This document shows, in pieces, positions 24,158-32,000 of a DNA stretch of 32,000 nucleotides. Both the position numbers and the translations under genes were made by a program. Under the pieces are notes generated by a model, which saw only the letters and a program-made list of their open reading frames with translations, searched no databases and was not told the DNA's origin. Numbering within the stretch: the first letter of the stretch is position 1; each line of letters begins with the position of its first letter. This stretch comes from Sinorhizobium meliloti (lineage in GTDB: Bacteria > Pseudomonadota > Alphaproteobacteria > Rhizobiales > Rhizobiaceae): contig NZ_JAGIOS010000002.1 of assembly GCF_017876815.1 (NCBI RefSeq), forward strand, positions 840,001-872,000, read 5' to 3'.

Positions 24158-24367
24158 GTGAGCGAGCACGTCTACAAGAAGATCGAGCTGATCGGCAGTT
24201 CGCCGAACTCGATAGACGAGGCCATCGAAGGGGCGATTTCGCGTGCTTCGAAAACCACCCGCAATCTCGACTGGTTCGAAGTGGACCAGATTCGCGGCCA
24301 GATCGTGAATGGCAAGGTCGCGCATTACCAGGTGGTGATGAAGGTGGGCTTCCGCATCGACGATTGA
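24158..24367 (+). CDS. dodecin-family (flavin-binding) protein
   Basis: GTG start follows CAGGAGGA. (M)SEHVYKKIELIGSSPNSIDEAIEGAISRASKTTRNLDWFEVDQIRGQIVNGKVAHYQVVMKVGFRIDD is a typical bacterial dodecin of 69 aa. Confidence 0.85.
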   Translation: MSEHVYKKIELIGSSPNSIDEAIEGAISRASKTTRNLDWFEVDQIRGQIVNGKVAHYQVVMKVGFRIDD

Positions 24368-24900
24368 GGTGCGCACGGCGCCGAGAACGGGATGCGACAT
24401 TCCGCCCCGACTTGTTCCGCGGGTTCCACCTGCCTGCGATTGCCACGAGAAGAGACGCCGGCACCCATGCGGAAGCCGGCGATGCCGGGTGTCGGCCCTT
24501 TCCTAAGGGCCGACTGACGGCTGAATGGCTATGTATGTTCGCGCGCCGAGTACTGACAGTTTCGTGCCGGCCGCGCCGCTTTCCCATGCCGATCTGCCGG
24601 CCATCATCAATTTCATAAATAGAAGCATTCGAACTATGAAATTCACCAACGTCGACTTCTATGTATGATCGCGGTCCCAAGGGGGCCGGCATGTATCCAT
24701 CGCGCCTGACGAACCGGCTCCACGGGTACCGCCTGCGTGTTCGCAGACGGGGGACACCCGGGCCATCCTCGAGCGAAATGAGTCGAGGTGCCTGTGGCCC
24801 ATGAACAAGACGGCTTGCAATATTCGCCGGTGAAGTTAGTCAGGCCGCAGGCGTGCTCAGGCTCGCGGAAAGACATGGCACCAGGGAGGAAAGCAGTCTC

Positions 24901-26304
24901 GTGGAAGCACTCAACCAATTCTTTAACTGGCTCAACGGCATCGTTTGGGGCGTGCCTATGATCGTGCTGATCATTGGCACCGGTCTGTATCTTCAGCTTC
25001 GCCTGGGCTTCATGCCGATCCGCAAAGTGGTCTATGGCTTCCGCATGATCTTGAAAAGCCGCAGGCCGGGGAGGGCCGCCGAAGGCGAGATTACGCCCTA
25101 CGCCGCGCTGATGACGGCGCTGTCGGCCACCATCGGCACGGGCAACATCGCCGGCGTCGCTACCGCTATCGCGGTGGGCGGACCCGGTGCGCTGTTCTGG
25201 ATGTGGGTTACCGCCTTCGTCGGAATGGCGACGAAATACGCCGAGGTCGTCGTAGCGGTGAAATACCGCGAGGTCGACGACAAAGGCGAACACGCCGGCG
25301 GACCGATGTTCGCCATCAAGAATGGACTCGGAAAGCACTGGCAGTGGCTGGGCACAGCCTTTGCCATCTTCGGCGGACTGGCGGGTTTCGGGATCGGCAA
25401 CATGGTCCAGGCCAACGGTATCGCCAGTGCGGTCGAGAACGCCTTCGGCATCGAGACGTGGATCAGCGGCATCGTGATGACCGTCTTGACGGGTGCGGTG
25501 ATCCTGGGCGGTATCAAGCGAATCGGCGCGGTGGCCGAGAAGGTCGTGCCCTTCATGGCGATCTTCTATCTCGTCTGCGTGGCTGCCGTCCTCGTCGTCT
25601 TTGCCGGTAACATTCCGCAGGCCATCGCCACCATCTTCACCCAGGCATTCAGCCCGACGGCGGCCACCGGCGGCTTCCTCGGCTCCACTGTGCTGATGGC
25701 GATCCGCATGGGTGTGGCGCGCGGCATCTTCTCGAACGAGGCGGGTCTCGGTACCGCCGGTATCGCACAGGCTGCCGGCTCGACCGCCAATCCCGTTTTC
25801 TCCGGCGTCATCGGCATGATGGGCACGTTCATCGACACGATCATCGTCTGCACCCTGACGGGTCTGGCGATCATGGTGTCGGGTGTCTGGGCATCGGGCG
25901 AAACCGGAGCGGTGCTGAGTTCTGCGGCGTTCGAGGCGGCGCTGCCCGGCTATGGGAATTATCTCGTAACCATCTCACTGGCGTTGTTCGCGTTCACGAC
26001 GATCCTCGGCTGGGCCTATTATGCCGAGAAGTGCTGGGAATACCTGATCGGAACCGTGAGCGCGATACCGTTCCGCATCGTGTGGACCGTTGCAGTGTTC
26101 TTCGGCGCGACCCTCAGCCTCGACTTTGCCTGGCTGGTGGCCGACACCTTGAACGCCCTGATGGCCATCCCCAACCTGATCTCGTTGCTGCTCCTGTCCC
26201 CGGTCATCGCCCAACTGACGCGTGACTACTTTGCCGAAGAACGCGCCGGCGCGGGAGTGGCCTCGCACAGCCAGGGCCAGAGCGCGTCCAGGAAAAGTGT
26301 GTAA
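24901..26304 (+). CDS. alanine/glycine:cation symporter (AGCS family)
   Basis: GTG 24901 follows GGGAGGA, 10 nt upstream. (M)EALNQFFNWLNGIVWGVPMIVLIIGTGLYL...ALMTALSATIGTGNIAGVATAI...SNEAGLGTAGIAQAA are AGCS hallmarks. The track start at 24853 is an alternative. Confidence 0.9.
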   Translation: MEALNQFFNWLNGIVWGVPMIVLIIGTGLYLQLRLGFMPIRKVVYGFRMILKSRRPGRAAEGEITPYAALMTALSATIGTGNIAGVATAIAVGGPGALFWMWVTAFVGMATKYAEVVVAVKYREVDDKGEHAGGPMFAIKNGLGKHWQWLGTAFAIFGGLAGFGIGNMVQANGIASAVENAFGIETWISGIVMTVLTGAVILGGIKRIGAVAEKVVPFMAIFYLVCVAAVLVVFAGNIPQAIATIFTQAFSPTAATGGFLGSTVLMAIRMGVARGIFSNEAGLGTAGIAQAAGSTANPVFSGVIGMMGTFIDTIIVCTLTGLAIMVSGVWASGETGAVLSSAAFEAALPGYGNYLVTISLALFAFTTILGWAYYAEKCWEYLIGTVSAIPFRIVWTVAVFFGATLSLDFAWLVADTLNALMAIPNLISLLLLSPVIAQLTRDYFAEERAGAGVASHSQGQSASRKSV

Positions 26305-26400
26305 CGGCTTTCCGCCCGCCGCCCGCTCCAACTTGTTGGAACCGCTCACCTTCATGAATTTAGGTCGACCGACCTAAATTCATCGTGATCTGGAGCGTTT
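26291..26400 (+). repeat. RIME/REP-like intergenic repeat, full copy
   Basis: GGAAAAGTGTGTAACGGCTTTCCGCCC...TTCATGAATTTAGGTCGACCGACCTAAATTCATCGTGATC has a perfect 14-bp stem (26354-26367 with 26370-26383). The AGCS stop codon (26302-26304) lies inside the repeat head. Confidence 0.75.
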
Positions 26401-26564
26401 CAGTGAACTGATCGTCCTGGAGTGGCGGGGCCGGAAGGACTGAGTTTGGCGGGAATCGCCCGGAGATCGGGCAGCGCAAAGTCGAGCCGTTCTCGCCGGC
26501 ACGGCACCCGTATCCCTGTGGACGAGATTCCGGGTTGATCCGATTCGACCCGGGGTCTCATGAT

Positions 26565-28052
26565 TCAATGTGTCACGGTGAGCGACGCGCCTTCGCTCTT
26601 GTCGTGCACGGCGAAGCGGTCGAGCATATGAGCGCTTGCCGCGTTGAGGCCGATCACCTCGACGGTGACGCCATGGCGGCGATATTTAAGCACCACCTTG
26701 TCCAGTGCGCCGACTGCGGTGATGTCCCACAGATGCGCCTCGCCGACGTCGATGACGACCTTTTCCAACGGCTCGGCGAAGTCGAACGCGCCGATGAAAC
26801 CCTCGGTCGAGGCGAAGAAGATCTGGCCGTCGACATGATAGGTGCGCACCTTTCCGCTCTCGTCGAGCATCGAGCGGACGTGGAAGAGGCGGGCGACCTT
26901 TCCGGCGAAGAACACCCCCGACAGAAGCACCCCGACCAGGACGCCCTTCGCGAGATCGTGGGTGCCGACCGTGGTGACGACGGTTGCCAGCATCACGACG
27001 GAGGAGGGCAGGGGATTGCGGCGCAGATCGAGGATGGAGCGCCAGGAGAAGGTGCCGACAGAGACCATGATCATGACAGCAACGAGAGCGGCCATCGGAA
27101 TGATGCGGACGAGGTCGTCGAGGACGAGGATGAGGAAGAGAAGGAAGGCGCCGGCGACGAAGGTCGAGAGCCGCCCGCGCCCTCCGGAGGTCACGTTGAT
27201 CACCGACTGGCCGATCATGGCGCAGCCGCCCATCCCGCCGATGAGGCCGGAGGCGATGTTGCTGGCGCCTTGACCGATGCATTCCTGGCTCTTGTTGCTC
27301 GTCGTGTCCGTCATGTCGTCGACGATCTGAGCGGTCAGAAGGGATTCGAGCAGCCCTACGGCGGCAAGCGCCACCGAGTAGGGGAAGATGATCTGAAGCG
27401 TCTCGAAGGTGAGCGGCACCTGCGGCAGCGCGAAGATCGGCAGGCTGGACGGCAATGCGCCGAGGTCGCCGACGGTGCGGACGTCCATTCCGGTCCAGAA
27501 GTCGACCGCGGTCAGCACGGCGATGGCGACGAGGGGCGAGGGAACCGCCTTCGTGACATAGGGAAAGAGGTAGATGATCCCGAGCCCTGCCGCGATCATC
27601 GCATAGGTCAGGTGCGGCACACCGATGAGCTCCGGAAGCTGCGCCATGAAGATCAGGATCGCAAGCGCGTTGACGAAGCCGGTGATGACCGAACGGGAGA
27701 CGAAGCGCATCACCCGGCCGAGCTTCAGGAAGCCTGCGGCGATCTGGAAGAGCCCCATCAGCAGGGTGGCGGCAAAGAGATATTCGAGGCCGTGTTCCTT
27801 GACGAGCGTGACCATCAGGACGGCGGTGGCGGCGGTCGCCGCCGAGATCATGCCCGGGCGGCCGCCGGCGAAGGCGGAAACGCAGGCGATGGCGAAGGAG
27901 GCGAACAGGCCGACCTTCGGATCGACGCCGGCGATGACCGAGAAGCCGATCGCCTCGGGTATCAGCGCAAGCGCGACGACGATGCCCGAAAGGACGTCGC
28001 CGCGGATGTTGGAGAACCATTCGCGTTTATAGCTGGTAATCGTCGTTTTCAT
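26565..28052 (-). CDS. SulP-family anion transporter with C-terminal STAS domain
   Basis: [53 protein letters not shown]... with a STAS-like tail (...[19 protein letters not shown]...[30 protein letters not shown]). ATG at 28052. Confidence 0.9.
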   Translation of the reverse strand: MKTTITSYKREWFSNIRGDVLSGIVVALALIPEAIGFSVIAGVDPKVGLFASFAIACVSAFAGGRPGMISAATAATAVLMVTLVKEHGLEYLFAATLLMGLFQIAAGFLKLGRVMRFVSRSVITGFVNALAILIFMAQLPELIGVPHLTYAMIAAGLGIIYLFPYVTKAVPSPLVAIAVLTAVDFWTGMDVRTVGDLGALPSSLPIFALPQVPLTFETLQIIFPYSVALAAVGLLESLLTAQIVDDMTDTTSNKSQECIGQGASNIASGLIGGMGGCAMIGQSVINVTSGGRGRLSTFVAGAFLLFLILVLDDLVRIIPMAALVAVMIMVSVGTFSWRSILDLRRNPLPSSVVMLATVVTTVGTHDLAKGVLVGVLLSGVFFAGKVARLFHVRSMLDESGKVRTYHVDGQIFFASTEGFIGAFDFAEPLEKVVIDVGEAHLWDITAVGALDKVVLKYRRHGVTVEVIGLNAASAHMLDRFAVHDKSEGASLTVTH

Positions 28053-28269
28053 GATTTTCTTCGCAAGAGTAGCACACCAGGCCGGCGGGAACCGGCTCGT
28101 CAAGGGTTGATGCTGTTGCGTTGTCTGGCGGATCGGCGGCCAGAAGAGCCACCCGGAGTTACACCGGGTCCAGGGTGAGTTCCGGCTTTATACGGATCGG
28201 CTGTTGCCGATGCAATGACGAATTGGGCGCCGCCGCAAGGCCGGCGGCAGCGCCCGTCTGCTGCAAATC

Positions 28270-29463
28270 TCAGCCTGTGACAGTGGCAGGCTCGCCTGAT
28301 ACCGCGCCGCGCCGGTCGAGAACGCCGCTCCAAAGCGTCAGCAGAAGCGCACCGGAGACGAGGATTGCGCCCACCCATGGGGTGGCGGAAAGTCCGAAGG
28401 GAGAGTCGACCACCATGCCGCCGAGCCAGGCGCCGAGCGCGATCCCGAGATTGAAGGCGGCAATGTTGAGCGCCGAGGCGACGTCGACGGCGCCGGGGCG
28501 GTGCTCCATCGCAAGCTGCACCACATAGAGCTGCAGGCCCGGCACGTTGGCGAAGGACAGAAAACCGAGAGCGGCGAGCGTCACGAGCGTCAGGACCGGC
28601 GAAACGGCGGTGAACGAGAAGATCACCAGCACGAGCGCCTGCAGAAGGAAGAGGCCGATCAGCGCCTTGACGGGATTGGTGTTGGCGATCCGCCCGCCGG
28701 CGATGTTGCCGATGGCGATGGCGACGCCATAGAGCACGAGGATCAGACTGACGCTCCGTTCGGAGAAACCGGTGACCTCCTGCAGGATCGGCGCCAGGAA
28801 GGTGAAGGCGACGAAGGTGCCGCCATAGCCGAGCGCGGTCATGGCGAAAACGATCAGCAGACGGCCGGAGCCGAGCACCCGCACCTGGTCGAGAAGGCTC
28901 GCCGGAGCGGCCTTGGCGAGCGTGCCCGGGAGCAGGGTGGCGATACCGGCAAAGGCGACGACGCCGAGGCCGGAGACGCCCCAGAAGGTCGCCCGCCAGC
29001 CAAAGACCTGGCCGATATAGGTGCCGATCGGCACGCCGGTGACGATCGCGACCGTGAGTCCCATGAACATCATCGCGATCGCGGAAGCGCGGCGGTTCTC
29101 CGGTACCAGATCGGCGGCGATCGTCGAGCCGACCGAGAAGAAGACGCCGTGGGCAAAGGCCGAAAGCACCCGTGCGACGAGCAGCACCTCGTAGTTCGGC
29201 GACAGTGCCGCCGCCGTGTTGCCGCCGATGAAGAGCGCCATCAGGCCGAGAAGCAGCGGCTTGCGTTCGATCCGCCCGGTCAGCGCCGTCAGGACCGGCG
29301 CGCCGAAGGTGACGCCGAGCGCGTAGACGCTGACGATGAGGCCGGCAAGCGGCAGCGTGATTGCGAGGTCGGTGGCGACCGTCGGCAGGAGACCGACGAT
29401 CACGAATTCGGTGGTTCCGATCGCATAGGCAGCGATCGTCAATGCGAATATGGCCAAAGGCAT
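28270..29463 (-). CDS. MFS transporter (AraJ/YdhP-like efflux type)
   Basis: ATG 29463 follows GGAAAGGA. MPLAIFALTIAAYAIGTTEFVIVGLLPTVATDL...GRIERKPLLL.... 12-TM-like profile. Confidence 0.9.
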   Translation of the reverse strand: MPLAIFALTIAAYAIGTTEFVIVGLLPTVATDLAITLPLAGLIVSVYALGVTFGAPVLTALTGRIERKPLLLGLMALFIGGNTAAALSPNYEVLLVARVLSAFAHGVFFSVGSTIAADLVPENRRASAIAMMFMGLTVAIVTGVPIGTYIGQVFGWRATFWGVSGLGVVAFAGIATLLPGTLAKAAPASLLDQVRVLGSGRLLIVFAMTALGYGGTFVAFTFLAPILQEVTGFSERSVSLILVLYGVAIAIGNIAGGRIANTNPVKALIGLFLLQALVLVIFSFTAVSPVLTLVTLAALGFLSFANVPGLQLYVVQLAMEHRPGAVDVASALNIAAFNLGIALGAWLGGMVVDSPFGLSATPWVGAILVSGALLLTLWSGVLDRRGAVSGEPATVTG

Positions 29464-29692
29464 GGCAAATCCTTTCCGCCCGCCATTCGCGAAAGCGACA
29501 CGGGCTAGAAGACGTTGGCGATGGTTGATGTTTCGCAGTGCAATATGCTGCAGCCGGGCGGCTGCGATAAGCACCTCGCCAGTCGCAATGCCTATGAATG
29601 AAATTCACGAATGGTGGGCTGCGTTGCCTAGAGGATGGGCGTCAGCGCGGCGGGGAATGGCCGACCTCGTTCGAACGTTGCCTCTGTAACCC

Positions 29693-29746
29693 GCCCCTCA
29701 TCCGGCCTGCCGGCCACCTTCTCCCCGCAAGCGGGGCGAAAGGGAC
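29693..29746 (+). repeat. REP-like element (CTCATCCG...TTCTCCCCG...CGGGG family), copy 1
   Basis: GCCCCTCATCCGGCCTGCCGGCCACCTTCTCCCCGCAAGCGGGGCGAAAGGGAC. Confidence 0.65.
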
Positions 29747-29832
29747 TCGCGGTCGCGTTCTGCACGCCTTCACCGCCGGGTGTGGCCGCGATGTCCGTTC
29801 GCATTCGAGACATGTTCAGGGCGTGCCACTCG

Positions 29833-29894
29833 TCCCTTCTCCCCGTTTTGACGCGTCAAGACGGGGAGATGGTGCCGTCAGGCGGATGAGGGGC
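29833..29894 (-). repeat. REP-like element, copy 2 (inverted)
   Basis: The reverse complement reads GCCCCTCATCCGCCTGACGGCACCATCTCCCCGTCTTGACGCGTCAAAACGGGGAGAAGGGAC. It contains a near-perfect 32-nt palindrome at 29838-29869. Confidence 0.65.
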
Positions 29895-29934
29895 ATCAAA
29901 CATGGCATCCCTATCGTGCCTCCCAACGACCGCC

Positions 29935-30864
29935 TTACTGATTTGCGGTAGCGTAGTCCTTCATGTTCTCCGGCGTCACCAGTTCGAAGGGGACCCAGAT
30001 CTGCCGTGCGGTCTTCTGGTCGCGCGAAAGCGCGACCGCGGCGTCCATTGCGGCCGCCCCTTGAGCGATCGCGTTCTGGAAGACGGTTACGTCCAGGTCG
30101 CCCGCGGCCATGGCGGCCAGGCCGTCCGGCGTCGCGTCGATGCCGCCTACCACGACCTTCGACATGTCGACCCCCGCCGCCTTCATTGCCTGGATCGCGC
30201 CGATCGCCATCTCGTCGTTATTGGCGATGATGGCATTGAATTCCCGTCCTGTCGAAAGCCAGTTCGTCATGATGTTGGCGGCTTCGAGCCGGTCCCAATT
30301 GGCGCTCTGCTCCTCGATGACGCTCATGCCCTTGCATTCGTCGGTGGCGATGACGTCGTGAATGTCCTTCGTGCGCGTAAGCGAAGAGTGATTGTTGAGC
30401 GGTCCCATGAGGACATAGGCAGCACCTTTGCCGCCGAGCAGCCGGCAGACTTCCTTCGTCTCGAGCGTTCCGGAATCGATCTCGTTGGAGCCGACGAAGG
30501 CAGCCGTCTCGGGCAGTTTGTCGACATCGGCCGGCGGATGGTTCGCATAGACGATCGGAATGCCCGCGTCGGTCGCCATCTTCGTCAACGCCGGCGTGCT
30601 GTCGCCGTCGACCGCGACGACGATGATCGCATCGACGCCGGAAGAGACGAAGTTCTGCACCTGGTCGAGCTGGCGGCTCGTGTCGTTCTGCGCATCTTCG
30701 ACCTGGACGGTGACGCCATCGAGCTTGGCCGCCTGGTCCTGCATTCCGTTTCGCAGAATGGTGAGGAATGCGCTGTCGGAACGGGCGATGGTGATGCCGA
30801 CGTTCTCGGCATGCGCGCTGCCGGCAAAGAGAGCCAGGACTGCGGCGGACAATAGATGTTTCAT
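29935..30864 (-). CDS. sugar ABC transporter substrate-binding protein (RbsB-like, PBP type 1)
   Basis: Signal peptide MKHLLSAAVLALFAGSAHA. Also ...VQNFVSSGVDAIIVVAVD...AAFVGSNEIDSG...AIIANNDEMAIGAIQAMKAAG.... No cognate permease or ATPase gene is adjacent in this window. Confidence 0.9.
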   Translation of the reverse strand: MKHLLSAAVLALFAGSAHAENVGITIARSDSAFLTILRNGMQDQAAKLDGVTVQVEDAQNDTSRQLDQVQNFVSSGVDAIIVVAVDGDSTPALTKMATDAGIPIVYANHPPADVDKLPETAAFVGSNEIDSGTLETKEVCRLLGGKGAAYVLMGPLNNHSSLTRTKDIHDVIATDECKGMSVIEEQSANWDRLEAANIMTNWLSTGREFNAIIANNDEMAIGAIQAMKAAGVDMSKVVVGGIDATPDGLAAMAAGDLDVTVFQNAIAQGAAAMDAAVALSRDQKTARQIWVPFELVTPENMKDYATANQ

Positions 30865-30926
30865 GGGTAAACCTCCCTCAGCTGGACTTCAGAATCCATG
30901 TGTAAATGGAATACAGGTTCTGAAGA

Positions 30927-30962
30927 AAATCAAGAATGAAATGTACGTTTCATTCTTGATTT
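30927..30962. promoter_or_regulatory. perfect 15-bp inverted repeat (operator or terminator candidate)
   Basis: AAATCAAGAATGAAA-TGTACG-TTTCATTCTTGATTT lies between the SDR stop (31025) and the binding-protein start (30864). On the minus strand it is followed by TTTTCTTC. Confidence 0.4.
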
Positions 30963-31024
30963 CGGTGGAGGCTATCGGCGCGACGGCACCACTTCATGGC
31001 GGTGAATGAAAGGCCGGCGTCCGG

Positions 31025-31882
31025 TCAAAGGAAAGGCTTGCCGCCGGTCACGGCAATCGTTGCGCCCGACACGTAGCTCGACATCGGATCCGCCAGCATG
31101 ACATAGGCCGAGGCGAGTTCCACGGGCTGGCCCGGTCGCTTCATCGGCACCTGTTTGCCGAAATTGGCGACGGTATCCTCGGGCATGGTGGAGGGGATCA
31201 GCGGCGTCCAGATCGGGCCCGGGGCCACGACATTCACCCTTATCCCGCGTTCGGCCAACATCTGCGCGAGACCGGCGCTGAAATTGTGGATCGCGCCCTT
31301 GGTGGTCGCATAGGCGAGTAGGATCGGATTGGGAACGTCGGCATTGATGGAAGCGGTGTTGATGATGGCGCTGCCCTTCTTCATGTGCGGCACCGCTGCC
31401 TTGGTCAGGTAGAACATGGCGTGCATGTTGACGCGGAATGTCAGCTCCCACTCCTCGTCGCTGATGTCTTCGATGTTCTTGAAGGTCGCCTGATGGGCTG
31501 CATTGTTGACGAGAATGTCGATGCCGCCGAGTTCCCGAACGGCCGTTTCGACGATCCTGCGGCAATGGTCGGACGACTGGATGTCGCCGGCGGCGAGCAC
31601 GGCCTTGCGACCTGCTTCCTCCACCAGAGCCTTGGTGGCCATCGCGTCGTCATGCTCGCTCAGATAGCTGATAAGGACGTCCGCTCCCTCGCGCGCATAG
31701 GCGATCGCCACGGCCCTGCCGATGCCGCTGTCCCCGCCGGTGATGATGGCTCTCTTGTCCTTCAGGCGTCCGGAACCCTGGTAGGAGTTTTCCCCGTGAT
31801 CCGGCAGCGGCTGCATCCGATCGGTAGTGCCGGGCATTTCCTGGGTTTGGCGGGGAAAGGGAGGGTGCGGAAATTTTTCCAT
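31025..31882 (-). CDS. SDR-family oxidoreductase (YghA / general-stress-protein-39-like)
   Basis: ATG 31882 follows GAAGGAG. MEKFPHPPFPRQTQEMPG...GRLKDKRAIITGGDSGIGRAVAIAYAREGADV...NNAA...YATTKGAI... shows the TGxxxGIG and YxxxK motifs. Confidence 0.9.
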   Translation of the reverse strand: MEKFPHPPFPRQTQEMPGTTDRMQPLPDHGENSYQGSGRLKDKRAIITGGDSGIGRAVAIAYAREGADVLISYLSEHDDAMATKALVEEAGRKAVLAAGDIQSSDHCRRIVETAVRELGGIDILVNNAAHQATFKNIEDISDEEWELTFRVNMHAMFYLTKAAVPHMKKGSAIINTASINADVPNPILLAYATTKGAIHNFSAGLAQMLAERGIRVNVVAPGPIWTPLIPSTMPEDTVANFGKQVPMKRPGQPVELASAYVMLADPMSSYVSGATIAVTGGKPFL

Positions 31883-31958
31883 GGTCACGAACTCCTTCGC
31901 AAGACTCCTTCTAGAATGGCGATCGGCATCGCTGGGCTGCCCCGGCGAGTACGGCCCT

Positions 31959-31983
31959 AACTCGAGCAGACCGGCTTTGTTCC
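31959..31983 (-). promoter_or_regulatory. EcfG-like promoter motif (imperfect) for the SDR gene
   Basis: The minus strand reads GGAAC (31983-31979), 16 nt, AGTT (31962-31959), about 75 nt upstream of ATG 31882. Confidence 0.35.
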
Positions 31984-32000
31984 GGGCCATGGGAGCCTTG

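Noticed and set aside
24368-24900. Possible glycine riboswitch upstream of the alanine/glycine symporter
   Set aside because: I could not find the conserved glycine-aptamer core (GGAGAG...CACCGAAGGGGCAA-type elements) on either strand. Only short repeats and hairpins are present.
26535-28178. 547-aa plus-strand ORF, and the 444-aa minus-strand ORF at 26686..28020
   Set aside because: One is antisense and the other out of frame relative to the SulP/STAS transporter gene. Both are Asp/Gly/Arg/His-rich low complexity.
28100-29608. 502-aa minus-strand ORF, and the 335-aa plus-strand ORF at 28501..29508
   Set aside because: They are alternative-frame and antisense shadows of the MFS transporter gene.
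29902-30855. 317-aa plus-strand ORF
   Set aside because: Antisense to the RbsB-like binding-protein gene.
1-32000. CRISPR arrays, tRNA/rRNA genes, known anti-phage defence operons
   Set aside because: There are no regularly spaced direct repeats with unique spacers, no tRNA-like or rRNA-like segments, and none of the encoded proteins show hallmark defence domains that I can recognise by eye.

Overview
High-GC alphaproteobacterial (Rhizobium/Sinorhizobium-like) repABC plasmid or chromid segment. The core is the repA-repB-repC operon on the minus strand (5109-8803). It has a counter-transcribed RNA candidate in the repB-repC gap and an AT-rich putative oriV inside repC. Three 16-bp palindromes match the repABC parS consensus: two identical copies downstream of repC bracket a glycosyltransferase-like gene, and one variant lies upstream of repA. 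The rest of the window holds: a MocR-type regulator (cut by the window edge, absent from the ORF track) divergent from an EamA transporter; a DUF1612/HTH protein; a plus-strand module of a 62-aa ORF, a HutC-type GntR regulator and a divergent EF-G paralog; a chloroperoxidase-type hydrolase with a divergent GlxA/AraC regulator; a roughly 1.6-kb gene-poor repeat-rich stretch; a cobalamin riboswitch driving a BtuFCD-like ABC importer plus a SAM methyltransferase; a decayed accessory patch (frameshifted RHH gene, parDE toxin-antitoxin, IS481 transposase fragment, nested-hairpin element); a cluster of small stress-type genes (DUF883/ElaB-like, 61-aa hydrophilin-like, PPC/DUF296, dodecin) plus an SDR, several preceded by EcfG/RpoE2-type GGAAC-N16/17-(C/A/T)GTT motifs; AGCS, SulP and MFS transporters; and an orphan sugar-binding protein. 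Many long track ORFs are antisense or out-of-frame artefacts typical of high-GC DNA. Several true starts lie downstream of the track ORF start. I see no recognisable defence system, CRISPR array, tRNA or rRNA. The most unusual items are the parS architecture, the regulator/EF-G-paralog module, the riboswitch uORF and the stress-promoter cluster.
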